A stretch of DNA of 32,000 bases, taken from assembly GCF_023169545.1 (NCBI RefSeq), contig NZ_AP019769.1, positions 120,001 through 152,000 on the forward strand, read 5' to 3'. This stretch comes from Nanobdella aerobiophila (lineage in GTDB: Archaea > Nanobdellota > Nanobdellia > Nanobdellales > Nanobdellaceae). Below the pieces are notes generated by a model. That model did no database searches. It saw nothing but the letters and a program-made list of their open reading frames with translations, and had not been told where the DNA came from. The position numbers and the translations under genes are program-made. Positions 7,895 through 18,500 of this stretch are shown piece after piece; within the stretch, counting starts at the first letter, position 1; the number at the start of each line of letters is the position of its first letter.

Positions 7895-8602
7895 ACTTTT
7901 ATATTGATTATATAAATAATATGAAAATATATTTATTATAGGGATTATAAAGTATACTGAAATAATTATAGATATAAATCTAATGATTAATTCTGGAAAT
8001 AATAAAGATATTACAGATATAGAATATAGTATAAACTTTATTAAAAATATTTTAGTTGCATTATTGTAGTTTATTGTTTTTATTGAAGTATATATAGATT
8101 CTTTAATGTACTTATTTTCAAATATATATAATTGAGATGATATAAAGAATTTATTAGTATAAATATATGATAATATAGATAGAATTATGAATGATACCAT
8201 AAATACATCTATAATCAATTGTACTTTATATGTAAAAAAGAAAATTAGGCTAATAGACAATGATATAAGTGCAGAGAGGAGTATAAGACTAAACATAACT
8301 CCAGATATAATAAAATATATAATTATTACACCTTTATAATATTCTAGAGATTTTCTAATTGATTTTATTAGATTTTTATATTCCATAAATATATATAATG
8401 ATATTTTTGATAGAGGATAAAAAAGTAGATTAATAATTAACAAAAATATCAAATAGAAATAACTAGAATTATAGAATATAGATAGAATTATATTTGGTAT
8501 TATTAAGAATAAATATATTATATAAATATATAATACATTATTTTTGTAAAAAATTATACTATCCTTAAATGCCTTTGATATATTAAATTTCGATTGAATC
8601 AC
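7886..8602 (-). CDS. Polytopic membrane protein, same family as 14142..14747 and 14771..15454
   Basis: It has multiple hydrophobic segments. The N-terminus 'NISKAFKDSIIFYKNNVL' resembles 'NIQESFNLYKNNIM' and 'NLKASFLLYKRNIL' of the two tandem paralogs. Confidence 0.55.
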   Translation of the reverse strand: MIQSKFNISKAFKDSIIFYKNNVLYIYIIYLFLIIPNIILSIFYNSSYFYLIFLLIINLLFYPLSKISLYIFMEYKNLIKSIRKSLEYYKGVIIIYFIISGVMFSLILLSALISLSISLIFFFTYKVQLIIDVFMVSFIILSILSYIYTNKFFISSQLYIFENKYIKESIYTSIKTINYNNATKIFLIKFILYSISVISLLFPELIIRFISIIISVYFIIPIINIFSYYLYNQYKSSN

Positions 8603-9269
8603 CAGGTTTTAAAATGATTAGTTCAGAATTTATTTTATCTTTTAGTCTTTCTGGATCTGCTTTTATAGGATCAAATGTATTATAGTGCATTGGTATTATC
8701 TTCTTTGGCTTTAGATACTCAGAAGCTATTATAGCCTGTTCTATGTCCATTGTATAAAAGCCACCAACTGGCAATAATGCAAGATCTATATTTTTTAATA
8801 TCTTATTTATTATTTTCATATCCTCAAAGACCATTGTATCGCCGGCATGATATATCACTCTATCATCTATTATAATACCAAAAGATCCTGGATTGCCTAG
8901 ATATAGAATATTATCCTGGTCATCAATTATACTAGAAGAGTGTACTGCAGGGAAATAATATATATCTATACCTGAATATTTATATCTTCCACCAAAGTTC
9001 ATACCTATTGTCTTTACACCAAATTTTTCTATATATTTTGATATTTCATAATTAGATATAATAGTGGAGTCATTTTTCTCTGATAATTCTACTGCATCTC
9101 CTAAATGATCTGCATGACCATGTGTTATTAATATAATATCTATATCCTCTAAATCCTCTTTATTATATCTTGCCCTTGGATTTTTATATATATAAGGATC
9201 TATTAATATATTGGCATTACTACCTTTTAATAAAAAAGCTGCATGTCCTATCCATTTTATATAAACCAT
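8583..9269 (-). CDS. Metallo-beta-lactamase-fold metal-dependent hydrolase (UPF0173-like)
   Basis: 'IKWIGHAAFLLKG..ILIDPYI' and the zinc motif 'ILITHGHADHLGD' match the family. The length is about 228 aa. Confidence 0.85.
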   Translation of the reverse strand: MVYIKWIGHAAFLLKGSNANILIDPYIYKNPRARYNKEDLEDIDIILITHGHADHLGDAVELSEKNDSTIISNYEISKYIEKFGVKTIGMNFGGRYKYSGIDIYYFPAVHSSSIIDDQDNILYLGNPGSFGIIIDDRVIYHAGDTMVFEDMKIINKILKNIDLALLPVGGFYTMDIEQAIIASEYLKPKKIIPMHYNTFDPIKADPERLKDKINSELIILKPGDSIEI

Positions 9270-9308
9270 GATATAATTTTATATTTAAAATTTTAATATA
9301 TTTTAAAG

Positions 9309-10604
9309 ATGATAAATATAATATCATTTATAATATTAATAATTATATGTATAGAGTTATTAATATCATTTTATACGCTAATATTTCTATTTAATTATCA
9401 TCAAGATAATATAGATACTAATATAAAAGATTATCCTACGGTTTCTATAATTGTACCAGCATATAATGAAGAAAAAAATATAAAAAATACATTGGATAGA
9501 CTAATAAATCTAGATTATCCAAAAGATAAATTAAATATAATAGTAGTAGATGATGGATCAATTGATAATACATATAATATAGCAAAAGAATACGAAAAAT
9601 ATCACATTGTAAAGGTATATAGAAAAGAAAATAGTGGAAAATCTTCTGCAATAAACTTTGGAATAAAAAATTCAAATAGTGAATATATAGTGGTTTTAGA
9701 TGCAGATTCCATACCTGGGAAAGATTCACTAAAGAAAATGATAAAATATTTTTATTTTTATGATGTAGATATAGTCATACCATCTGTACAAGTAAATAAA
9801 ACAGATAATATAATTCAAAAATATCAATATATAGATTATGTAGTATATAATTTTTCTAGAATATCTTTAGATTCTATGGAATCTTTATTTATTGCTCCAG
9901 GACCATTTTCTGTATTTAAAAAAGAAGTATTTGATAAAATAGGATTATTTGATGAAAAGAATATTACAGAAGATATGGAGATTGCTTTAAGGGCACAGAA
10001 AAATGGTTTTAAGATAAAATACTGTCCGGAAAGTATAATATATACAGAGCCACCAGATACATTTATCAAATTATTAAGACAAAGATCTAGATGGTACCTT
10101 GGTTTTATAGAGAATTTTAATAAATATAGAGATATAGAAAATGAATATCTAAGAGAAATTGGTTTTGGTATATCAATTACATTACAATTCATAATACCAG
10201 TTGCATTTTTTATTATACTATACACATATTTATATCAATTATATAATTTTTTTATATACCTAAGTTTAATAAATTATAATATATTCTACATATTTCAAAA
10301 TTACAGCTTCAATATTAATACATATATTTTTGAATTATTTTCCACTAATTTGATAATTTTATATTTATTTTCTTTATTATTATTGATTAATTTTCTATTA
10401 TTTTTATCTTTTTATCACAAGATCGATAAATCTAGAAGCTTTAGGTCTTTAATATTTTATTCAATAATATACCTATTTTTATCATTGTATTTTAATGCAA
10501 TATTTATTATTGTTTCTTTCTATTATAAATTGTTTGGTAGGAAATTAAAGTGGGGGGGCTTAGAATGGAACAATAGCTTAATAAATAGGTTAATTAATAG
10601 ATAG
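9309..10604 (+). CDS. Membrane-integrated family 2 glycosyltransferase, processive type (cellulose/chitin-synthase-like)
   Basis: Motifs are 'VSIIVPAYNEEKNI', 'VVDDGSIDNT', DxD 'VLDADS', 'TEDME' and 'QRSRW' (Q-x-x-R-W). There is one N-terminal TM segment and several C-terminal ones. Confidence 0.88.
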   Translation: MINIISFIILIIICIELLISFYTLIFLFNYHQDNIDTNIKDYPTVSIIVPAYNEEKNIKNTLDRLINLDYPKDKLNIIVVDDGSIDNTYNIAKEYEKYHIVKVYRKENSGKSSAINFGIKNSNSEYIVVLDADSIPGKDSLKKMIKYFYFYDVDIVIPSVQVNKTDNIIQKYQYIDYVVYNFSRISLDSMESLFIAPGPFSVFKKEVFDKIGLFDEKNITEDMEIALRAQKNGFKIKYCPESIIYTEPPDTFIKLLRQRSRWYLGFIENFNKYRDIENEYLREIGFGISITLQFIIPVAFFIILYTYLYQLYNFFIYLSLINYNIFYIFQNYSFNINTYIFELFSTNLIILYLFSLLLLINFLLFLSFYHKIDKSRSFRSLIFYSIIYLFLSLYFNAIFIIVSFYYKLFGRKLKWGGLEWNNSLINRLINR

Positions 10605-10607
10605 AAA

Positions 10608-11258
10608 ATGGATAACAAAAATATGCTAATTTATTCAATAGTATTATCTTTATTAACATTTTTTTTAGGTATTATATTAGGATATATATTATATCAATTT
10701 TCATTTCAACAAAGTATACTACAAGTAAATCAAATTAATTCTTTAGTTATTTCTGCGCAATATTTAGCAGAATCGAGACAATTAGAATGTACAAATAATT
10801 ATTTCTCATTTTTACAATATTTAAAGTCAGAAATCGCTCAAGTAGGTACAGAATTAACTTATTTGCAATCTAAGGAAAATCTTTACTACAATAAAGGTGA
10901 AGTACAGTATTTAAAATCTCAATATTTTAATCTAGAATATTTGCAATTTCTATTAACTAAGAAATATATAGATACTTGTAATTATAATAATTTTACATTA
11001 ATATTATATTTCTATAATAATAATTACTGTTCTACAGAGTGTGATCAGGAAGGGGAGATATTATCATATTTGTATGCAAATAATGAAAAATCTCTATATA
11101 TATACTCTTTTGATTCTTCATATTCAAATTACTTTATCCAATATTATGATGTAGAGTATAATATAACTTCATGGCCGTATATAGTTATAATAAAAAATAA
11201 TAATACTTATGTATTTAATAAATTCGTTAATTTAACAACATTAGAAAATTATGTATAA
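10608..11258 (+). CDS. N-terminally anchored protein with a possible thioredoxin-like C-terminal domain (CxxxC)
   Basis: It has a single TM segment, 'LIYSIVLSLLTFFLGIILGYILY'. The C-terminal 'TLILYFYNNNYCSTECDQEG...ITSWPYIVIIKNN' resembles a thioredoxin strand-Cys motif plus a cis-Pro loop. The gene starts 4 nt after the GT2 stop. Confidence 0.45.
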   Translation: MDNKNMLIYSIVLSLLTFFLGIILGYILYQFSFQQSILQVNQINSLVISAQYLAESRQLECTNNYFSFLQYLKSEIAQVGTELTYLQSKENLYYNKGEVQYLKSQYFNLEYLQFLLTKKYIDTCNYNNFTLILYFYNNNYCSTECDQEGEILSYLYANNEKSLYIYSFDSSYSNYFIQYYDVEYNITSWPYIVIIKNNNTYVFNKFVNLTTLENYV

Positions 11259-12550
11259 CCATTAACTTTATAAATATATACAGAACATGAAGAAGGATCT
11301 ATATAATAATATATTAATGATAAATTATAATTTTCTGGATTGAAAGGATAATCTAATCCACAATTTGGTGTATAGATTATATATTGTGGATATACTCTAT
11401 TAAGTAAATATGTTGTATTATACATTATATAAACTTGAGAATCTGTGTAATAAGCAACCATGGGCCATAAATAATTTGTTAATATTACTTTTGGTTTATA
11501 TTGATCTAAAAATATTGATGCCCTATAAATATAATTAAGACTTGTATTGCTTAGATTTGTATTGTAATTTAATAAATATATAAATCCATAATAAAAAGAT
11601 ATTATTCCAGATATAGTAAATAATATAAAATATGGCATTTTGAATCCCTTTAATTTATCTATGAATAATTTAGTTAATATAATAAAGGTAGGTAGTACCA
11701 TTAATAAATATCTGGGATCTTTAGATTTTACAAGAAATGTTATATAAATTAAAGATATTATTGTGTAAAAATATACTACTTTATACTTATCTTCCTTTAT
11801 TCTTTGTATTAATGATAATAAATATATTCCAGAAAATATTAATAGATAATAAATCAATACTAACGGAGATTGATATATACTATACTCGTATACAACTCTT
11901 GCCTGCTGTATAAAAATATATATAGGATTATGATAGAATATTATATTATATAAGAAATATGGAATAGCAAATATTAAAGAATATATTATTATTTTTATTC
12001 TTTCCTTGTTCTTTGAGAATATTAAATATGGTATATATATTAATCCATATTCATATTTCGCTAGAACAGATAAGACAGCAAATAAAGAAGATAATAATGT
12101 ATTTCTTTCTTTATTATTTTTTATATAGAAATATAATGATATAATTAAAAAAGATGTTGCTAATATATCTGGATATATTCTACTACCCCAAATTAATATT
12201 AATCCATTAATAGAATAGAATATTATTAATATATAATTTATTATATAATTTTTATCTTCAATTATCTTATATAGAAATATTGTAGATATAGAAAATATTG
12301 ATATTAATAATAATTTCATGATAAAAATATTAAAACTTGTTATATATGCAATAGGTGTCAGAATCCACCACAATAATGGAAATCTGTAATATTCAAAATA
12401 TGGTGTATTAAATAATACATGTTTTATATTATCTAAATATGCGTATTCGTCCCAAAATAATATTTTAGGTGAAGTAATTAATACGATTAATTGTGGTAAG
12501 AATGATATAATAAATACAAATATAATATTTTTTAGCTTTTCTTTGTTCAT
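11249..12550 (-). CDS. Polytopic membrane protein, putative GT-C fold glycosyltransferase (ArnT/PMT-like)
   Basis: It has more than 10 hydrophobic segments. The acidic motif 'FWDEYAYLDN' sits after the first TM segment, as in GT-C enzymes. The length is 433 aa. The assignment rests on architecture only. Confidence 0.5.
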   Translation of the reverse strand: MNKEKLKNIIFVFIISFLPQLIVLITSPKILFWDEYAYLDNIKHVLFNTPYFEYYRFPLLWWILTPIAYITSFNIFIMKLLLISIFSISTIFLYKIIEDKNYIINYILIIFYSINGLILIWGSRIYPDILATSFLIISLYFYIKNNKERNTLLSSLFAVLSVLAKYEYGLIYIPYLIFSKNKERIKIIIYSLIFAIPYFLYNIIFYHNPIYIFIQQARVVYEYSIYQSPLVLIYYLLIFSGIYLLSLIQRIKEDKYKVVYFYTIISLIYITFLVKSKDPRYLLMVLPTFIILTKLFIDKLKGFKMPYFILFTISGIISFYYGFIYLLNYNTNLSNTSLNYIYRASIFLDQYKPKVILTNYLWPMVAYYTDSQVYIMYNTTYLLNRVYPQYIIYTPNCGLDYPFNPENYNLSLIYYYIDPSSCSVYIYKVNGYT

Positions 12551-12586
12551 AAAATAATTTATAAGATAAATCTTAAAATATTTATT

Positions 12587-14110
12587 ATGAAATTAGAAAA
12601 GCCTGAAATACACTATAATGCCCTTGATGTTATGGTAAATCAGATTGTTGGAATGACTTTAGAATATAATGATGTAGATATAGATCTTGTATGGAATACA
12701 ATAAAAAGGTCTTATCTATATAAAGATTTAAAATATGAAGATCTTATTGATGTATTAAATTTCTTAGATTCTATAAGGATTATAAAATATGATAAAGAAA
12801 ATAAAAAAATATTAAAAGCGGGTAAGGGACTATTTTATTATATTGAAAATCTATCTATGATACCGGATGAAAAATCTTATGACGTTATAGATATTACAAC
12901 AGGACAGAAGATAGGTATATTGCATCAAGAATTTGTTGCAAAACATGGGTCTTTAAATACGATATTTATTCTTAGAGGTTTACCATGGAAAATAGAAAAA
13001 ATAGATAAGAAAAGAATATTAGTATCATTACAAAATGATTTTGAATCTGCGATACCGTCTTGGGAAGGAGAAGAATTACCAGTACCATTTGAAATAGCTA
13101 GAGAAGGGCAAGAAATAAAAAAGGAATTATTAACAATGGATGAATTAAAAAATCAGGAATTATATTTTTATCCAGATAAAAATAATATATATATAGAACA
13201 ATATAAAGATTGGTTTATCATACATTCTCCATTTGGAAATAAAGTAAATGATTCTATATCTAGATTATTATCAGAAATTATATCAGAAAAATATGGTATT
13301 GTTGTAGGTATAAAAGTAGATCCATATAGAATATTATTGAAGGCTGGTTACTTAAAGAAAAAAGATATAAAGAATATATTTGAGAATGTGAATCCTCAAG
13401 AAATAGATAAAATATTAGAGAAAGCTATTGTAAATACAGATTTATTTTTATATAAATTTGCGCAAGTTGCTAAAAGATTTGGTGTTATACGGAAAGATGC
13501 AGATTATTCTAGGTCAACATTAAGAAGAATATCAGAACATGTATTAGATACACCTGTATATAGAGAAACAATAAATGATATATTTATAGAAAAATTAGAT
13601 GTAAAAAATACAAGATTAGTTTTTGAAAAAATATCTAAAGGAGAGATAAAGGTAAATGTTGTTGATAAGAAAACCTTATCTCCTTTAGGTATAACAGGTT
13701 TAGAAGAATATGTTTCGGATGTACTAATATCAGATAAATGGAAGGAAATAATGAGATTAGTTAAAGAGAGGATATTAGATGCAGAATTAACTTTAGTATG
13801 TATGGCATGTAAATCACAGTATAAAGTTAAGGTTAAGGATTATAAAGAATTTAAATGTAAAAAATGTAAAGGGACGTATTTCGGTGTTGCCAAAAATGAT
13901 AGAGATATAAAAGACGAAAAGAAATTGAATATAACTGCAGAATTGTTAAAGAATTATGGTAAAAAGTTTTTATTTATATATGGGGCCAGAGGAATAAGTT
14001 ATTTATCAGCGAAATTCTTAGTGAAGAAAGAGTTTAAAGATGAAGATCAATTACTTATGGAAATAATAGAATTTGAAAAGAGGGGAATGAAGTTTGCCAA
14101 AAGGAGATAA
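12587..14110 (+). CDS. Stand-alone C-terminal module of an Lhr-type (large helicase-related) protein: winged-helix plus DEAD/H-associated domain plus C-terminal zinc ribbon
   Basis: 'ALDVMVNQIVGM' matches the 'PLDVLAQ..VAM' block that follows the RecA2 domain in Lhr. The rest is collinear with the DEAD_assoc region. The C-terminus carries 'CMACKS-x17-CKKCKG'. No helicase motifs (Walker A, DEAH) occur in this ORF or in adjacent ORFs. Confidence 0.72.
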   Translation: MKLEKPEIHYNALDVMVNQIVGMTLEYNDVDIDLVWNTIKRSYLYKDLKYEDLIDVLNFLDSIRIIKYDKENKKILKAGKGLFYYIENLSMIPDEKSYDVIDITTGQKIGILHQEFVAKHGSLNTIFILRGLPWKIEKIDKKRILVSLQNDFESAIPSWEGEELPVPFEIAREGQEIKKELLTMDELKNQELYFYPDKNNIYIEQYKDWFIIHSPFGNKVNDSISRLLSEIISEKYGIVVGIKVDPYRILLKAGYLKKKDIKNIFENVNPQEIDKILEKAIVNTDLFLYKFAQVAKRFGVIRKDADYSRSTLRRISEHVLDTPVYRETINDIFIEKLDVKNTRLVFEKISKGEIKVNVVDKKTLSPLGITGLEEYVSDVLISDKWKEIMRLVKERILDAELTLVCMACKSQYKVKVKDYKEFKCKKCKGTYFGVAKNDRDIKDEKKLNITAELLKNYGKKFLFIYGARGISYLSAKFLVKKEFKDEDQLLMEIIEFEKRGMKFAKRR

Positions 14111-14141
14111 TATTTATAAAATATTCTAAATACCCTTTATT

Positions 14142-14747
14142 ATGAATATATCAAAAAACATTCAAGAGTCTTTTAATTTATATAAGAATAATATAATGAC
14201 GAGCATTGCTTTAGGATTCCTTCTTTTCTTAATAAACTTATTAAATTCTATACCAATAATAGGTACATTTATATATTCATATTTATATCCAAGAATATTA
14301 AAATATTATTATGAGAAATTAACTAAAGAAAAATTAGATTCAAAACTAAATATATCCTTTATATCCATATTTATTCCAAATTTATTAATAGGTATAGAGG
14401 TAATATTTTCTTTATTATTTATAATTTTCAAAAATTATGTATTTTTATATATAGCATTTTTATTAATTGTTGCAGGTATCATATTATATGTACTATCTTT
14501 ATATACAATTTTTGGTTCTATATTAGGAAAGGTTGATAAATATAAATTTTATATTAAAAATTCATTTTCTATCTTTGTAAATCTTTTGGTTATAGGTATA
14601 ATATTGTTTTCAATATATATCTTAATAGCAATTTTATCATATTTTATATCATTACTATTGGCAATTATATTGGATATAGGATTTTCTATATTAATCTTAT
14701 TACCTTTATTAAATGTAGTTTTGATTACAAGTACTAAAAATTTATAA
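14142..14747 (+). CDS. Polytopic membrane protein (paralog A)
   Basis: This is a 201-codon hydrophobic ORF. It shares an identical 43-residue block, 'IPIIGTFIYSYLYPRILKYYYEKLTKEKLDSKLNISFISIFIP', with the next gene. Confidence 0.6.
   Translation: MNISKNIQESFNLYKNNIMTSIALGFLLFLINLLNSIPIIGTFIYSYLYPRILKYYYEKLTKEKLDSKLNISFISIFIPNLLIGIEVIFSLLFIIFKNYVFLYIAFLLIVAGIILYVLSLYTIFGSILGKVDKYKFYIKNSFSIFVNLLVIGIILFSIYILIAILSYFISLLLAIILDIGFSILILLPLLNVVLITSTKNL
14246..14378 (+). repeat. 133-nt near-identical segment, copy A (partner at 14875..15007)
   Basis: Direct comparison by eye found only 3 mismatches (gag/gaa, tta/cta, tcc/tct), all synonymous. The flanking coding sequence is strongly diverged. Confidence 0.85.
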
Positions 14748-14770
14748 TAAATTAAATAGATATATTTTTT

Positions 14771-15454
14771 ATGAACTTTGTAAATAATTTAAAGGCATCT
14801 TTTTTGTTATATAAAAGAAATATATTATTTGGATTCTTATATGGTATAATTAAATCTTTATTATATATTATATTTTCTATACCAATAATAGGTACATTTA
14901 TATATTCATATTTATATCCAAGAATATTAAAATATTATTATGAAAAATTAACTAAAGAAAAACTAGATTCAAAACTAAATATATCCTTTATATCTATATT
15001 TATTCCATCAATAATACAAAATATATTGATATTTAGTTCTATATTTATATCTTCATATTTCTATTTATCTATATTATCTCTTGACTATTTAAATAATAAG
15101 TTAGTATATATAAACAGTCCATTAAATTTATCCTTTTATAACTTTATATTACCTGTAGTAGTATCCTTTATAATATTTTATGGAATTACATATATAATGT
15201 ATATATTTTCTATGAATTCTTTCTATGGTTCAATATTGGGGAAAGTGAATAAATATAATTTAGAAATAAATAATTCTTCTAAAATATTTTTTAATATACT
15301 TACATTATTTTTGATATCTATGTTTATATTATTTTTCTTATCTTCAATAATAATTCTTAATAAATATCTAATATTAATACCAATATTAATATTTATATTG
15401 TTAATAGTGCCTTTATTGGATATTATTGGTTTAGTATCTTTTGATAGTAAATAA
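14771..15454 (+). CDS. Polytopic membrane protein (paralog B)
   Basis: This is a 227-codon hydrophobic ORF. It shares the identical 43-residue block and a second conserved patch ('GSILGKVNKYN' against 'GSILGKVDKYK') with paralog A. Confidence 0.6.
   Translation: MNFVNNLKASFLLYKRNILFGFLYGIIKSLLYIIFSIPIIGTFIYSYLYPRILKYYYEKLTKEKLDSKLNISFISIFIPSIIQNILIFSSIFISSYFYLSILSLDYLNNKLVYINSPLNLSFYNFILPVVVSFIIFYGITYIMYIFSMNSFYGSILGKVNKYNLEINNSSKIFFNILTLFLISMFILFFLSSIIILNKYLILIPILIFILLIVPLLDIIGLVSFDSK
14875..15007 (+). repeat. 133-nt near-identical segment, copy B (partner at 14246..14378)
   Basis: The offset of 629 nt is constant across the block. See copy A. Confidence 0.85.
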
Positions 15455-15527
15455 TTATCTATTAGTGGTAATCAATTTTAATCAATATAACAAAATTTTA
15501 TAAATATTGTTGATATATCATTATTTC

Positions 15528-18500
15528 ATGGAAAAGCATTCGAAAGGTAAGAATAGATATAAGTCTTTTATGATGAGAGGTAAGACAATATCAGCTATAG
15601 GAGCAATGGCAGCATTAGGACTGGCAATATATTCGCAATCTGGACAACCAACAATAGGTCAATTAGCACAAGCAATGAAAGCACAACCATCTGCATGGAC
15701 AGTAGTAGTAGGAGCAAATGCAAAGGCATCTGATGTTGTAGGAGCTTCTAATATAGTTGCAGCATTAGAGACCTTCACATCTGTACCAACAAATATGACA
15801 ACAAATCAATCTAATTTACAAGTACAAATACAAGGAACAATTCCTGTAATACAAAATTCATATCCATTATATTATCCATCAGAACCATTATACTTGGGAT
15901 ATAATTTAAATAGTGTAGTAAATGTATTATCTGTAGGTTCAGGTACATTCCAAACAAATTACAATGGACAACAAACTACATATCAATATAATGCATATGT
16001 ATATCCATCAAATCAATATTCTATACAATATATAGAACCAACACCAGGACAAAGTCAACCAGTTGTATCATTAGCAGCAACTGGTCCAACAGCAAGTCCA
16101 ATTTCATTAAACTTAACATTCTCACCATCCTTAAACTTAACTCAATTAACACAATCTCCACAAGCAATTAATATATTTAATACAACATATTATATGGTCC
16201 CAGCATCCAATGGTCAATATATTAACTTTGTTCCAGCTGCAGATGTAGTAACATTAAATGTAAATCAATCAACAACCTTTAATGGTGTACAGATAACATT
16301 ACAAGGTGTAACAGCACAATACTCTGCAGGTTCTACAACTTCAACTGGTGTACCATCAGCAGTATTAAATATAAATGGTCGAACTGTAACTGTACAAGTA
16401 GGTTCACAAGAATATGTAGATGGAATTAATGTATTAGTTGTAAATGTATATGGTCCATTATCAAATGAAGTTACTACAACACAACAAGGTTATGTAGAGT
16501 TAGTATTGGGTAATTCTGGATATCAATTACCAATAACTTCAACACCAGCAAATGTACAAACATCAAGTGGACAAGTATTAAATAATGTACAAGTACAGAT
16601 GACATATACAACATCTGGAAATGGTTATTTGATATCAGATATAGCATTCTTATTCCCACAATTGCCAGAGATTGGAACTTCAGGATATTATGGATTAACA
16701 AACGGAGCAGTATATCAATTACCATTATTTAATTATGAATTAACATTCCCATCTGTTACATTACCAGCAAAGAATTCTGATTTAATACAAGTGCAATCTT
16801 CATTAGTAACTCAAGGCAGTAATAGCTATGCAAATCAATTTACATTATCATATCCAGATGCATTATCAGGTAAGACATATACATTAAGTATATATAATAA
16901 TGATCCTTCATCACCATCTAACGGTGTGTTACAAGCATTCCAGCAAGGATATGTACAGAGTTTAAAAGAATATACTAATTCATTGACAACAAGTACTACA
17001 TCTACATATCAATCTGCTGCATTAACACCAACAGTAGGAACAGTTATATCCATTACTAATACTAGTTCTGTTACATCTTATTATTATATTGCAAATGTAT
17101 CATCAAGTAATGTTATTTTAGTAGGTTTACAAACAGGACAAGTTTATAATGTAAATTCTGGGGGTGCAACATTAAGTGATGGTGTAAGTGTAAAATATAG
17201 TGGCGGTACATTAACATTTAATTCACCAAATGGTCAATACTTTACTAGTCAAACATTTACTGCAGGTACTAATTATAATTATCCATATTATGCAGGTCAA
17301 TTAACACCAGGAAGTCAAACAAGTGCATTTGTATTATATCCAGGACAATACTTCGCAGTATATAATCCAACAACACAAACGTCAGAAATATTCTATTTAC
17401 AAGATGTGACTACAGGAACAAATAATGTACCACAAGCTACAATAGAAGATGTAATAACAGGACAAACATATACAGTAAGTCAAGGAAATCCAATAGTTGT
17501 AGATAATGGTATATCTTTAGATCCAATAATAATAAATACACAAGTACCATATGTTATATTGCAGGGAAGTGGAACTATATCAATGAATAGGTTAGTATTA
17601 ACATCAATGGGTACAAGTCCACAATCAACACCAATGATAAGTATAACAGGTTTGGGTACACCAACGGTAAATATAGGAGTTCAAGATACGTACCCCGGAT
17701 ATACATTAGTAAATGGATCAACACTAGGTACATCTGTTAGCCTAACATTAGGTGTAACTGGAGGTTTAGCAAATCCAACATTTGACTATACAAACCCAAC
17801 TTCAACATCTGTAACATCCGGATCTACAACAACAACATATTATTTAGATAAAGCAGGAACATATAGCGTATATACATCATCAACAGGAGCACAAACATTA
17901 TCACTATATGTACCAATGGTACCTGTATCATATGCAGTATCTATAGCTCCAGTAGGCTCACAGTCGCAACAAGAATCTGTAAATGTAGGTATAGGACAAA
18001 TAATACCAGGAACATCATTAACAGTTGAAGGAGTAACAGGAGCGTCATCAACAACAACAACTTACTCAGCACCACAAGCATTAATAGGAAATGTAATATT
18101 AACAAGTCAGGTAAATGCAAATAATATGAATAATATGGTATTAGTAGGCGGTCCAGCAGTAAATACATTAACAGCACAAGCAGTTATAAATTGGGTATCA
18201 TCTGAAAATTCAACATTAGGATCAGAATTGCAATCATTGGCATCTTCACAAGGTGGATTAATATATGGTTCACAATTAGCACCAGTATTACAACAATTAG
18301 GAATAACATTTGAACCAGGAACAGCATTAGTATTCACATCAACATTAGCACCAAATTCATTGGTAATATTTGGATGGTATGGTAATGATACAACAGAAGC
18401 AACACAAGTATTTGCAAACTATCTAGTTAGTGGTGTAGATTCATCAGTATTTAATAATGCAACATTAGTATGGATAAATGATCAGCAAACATCTGTATCC

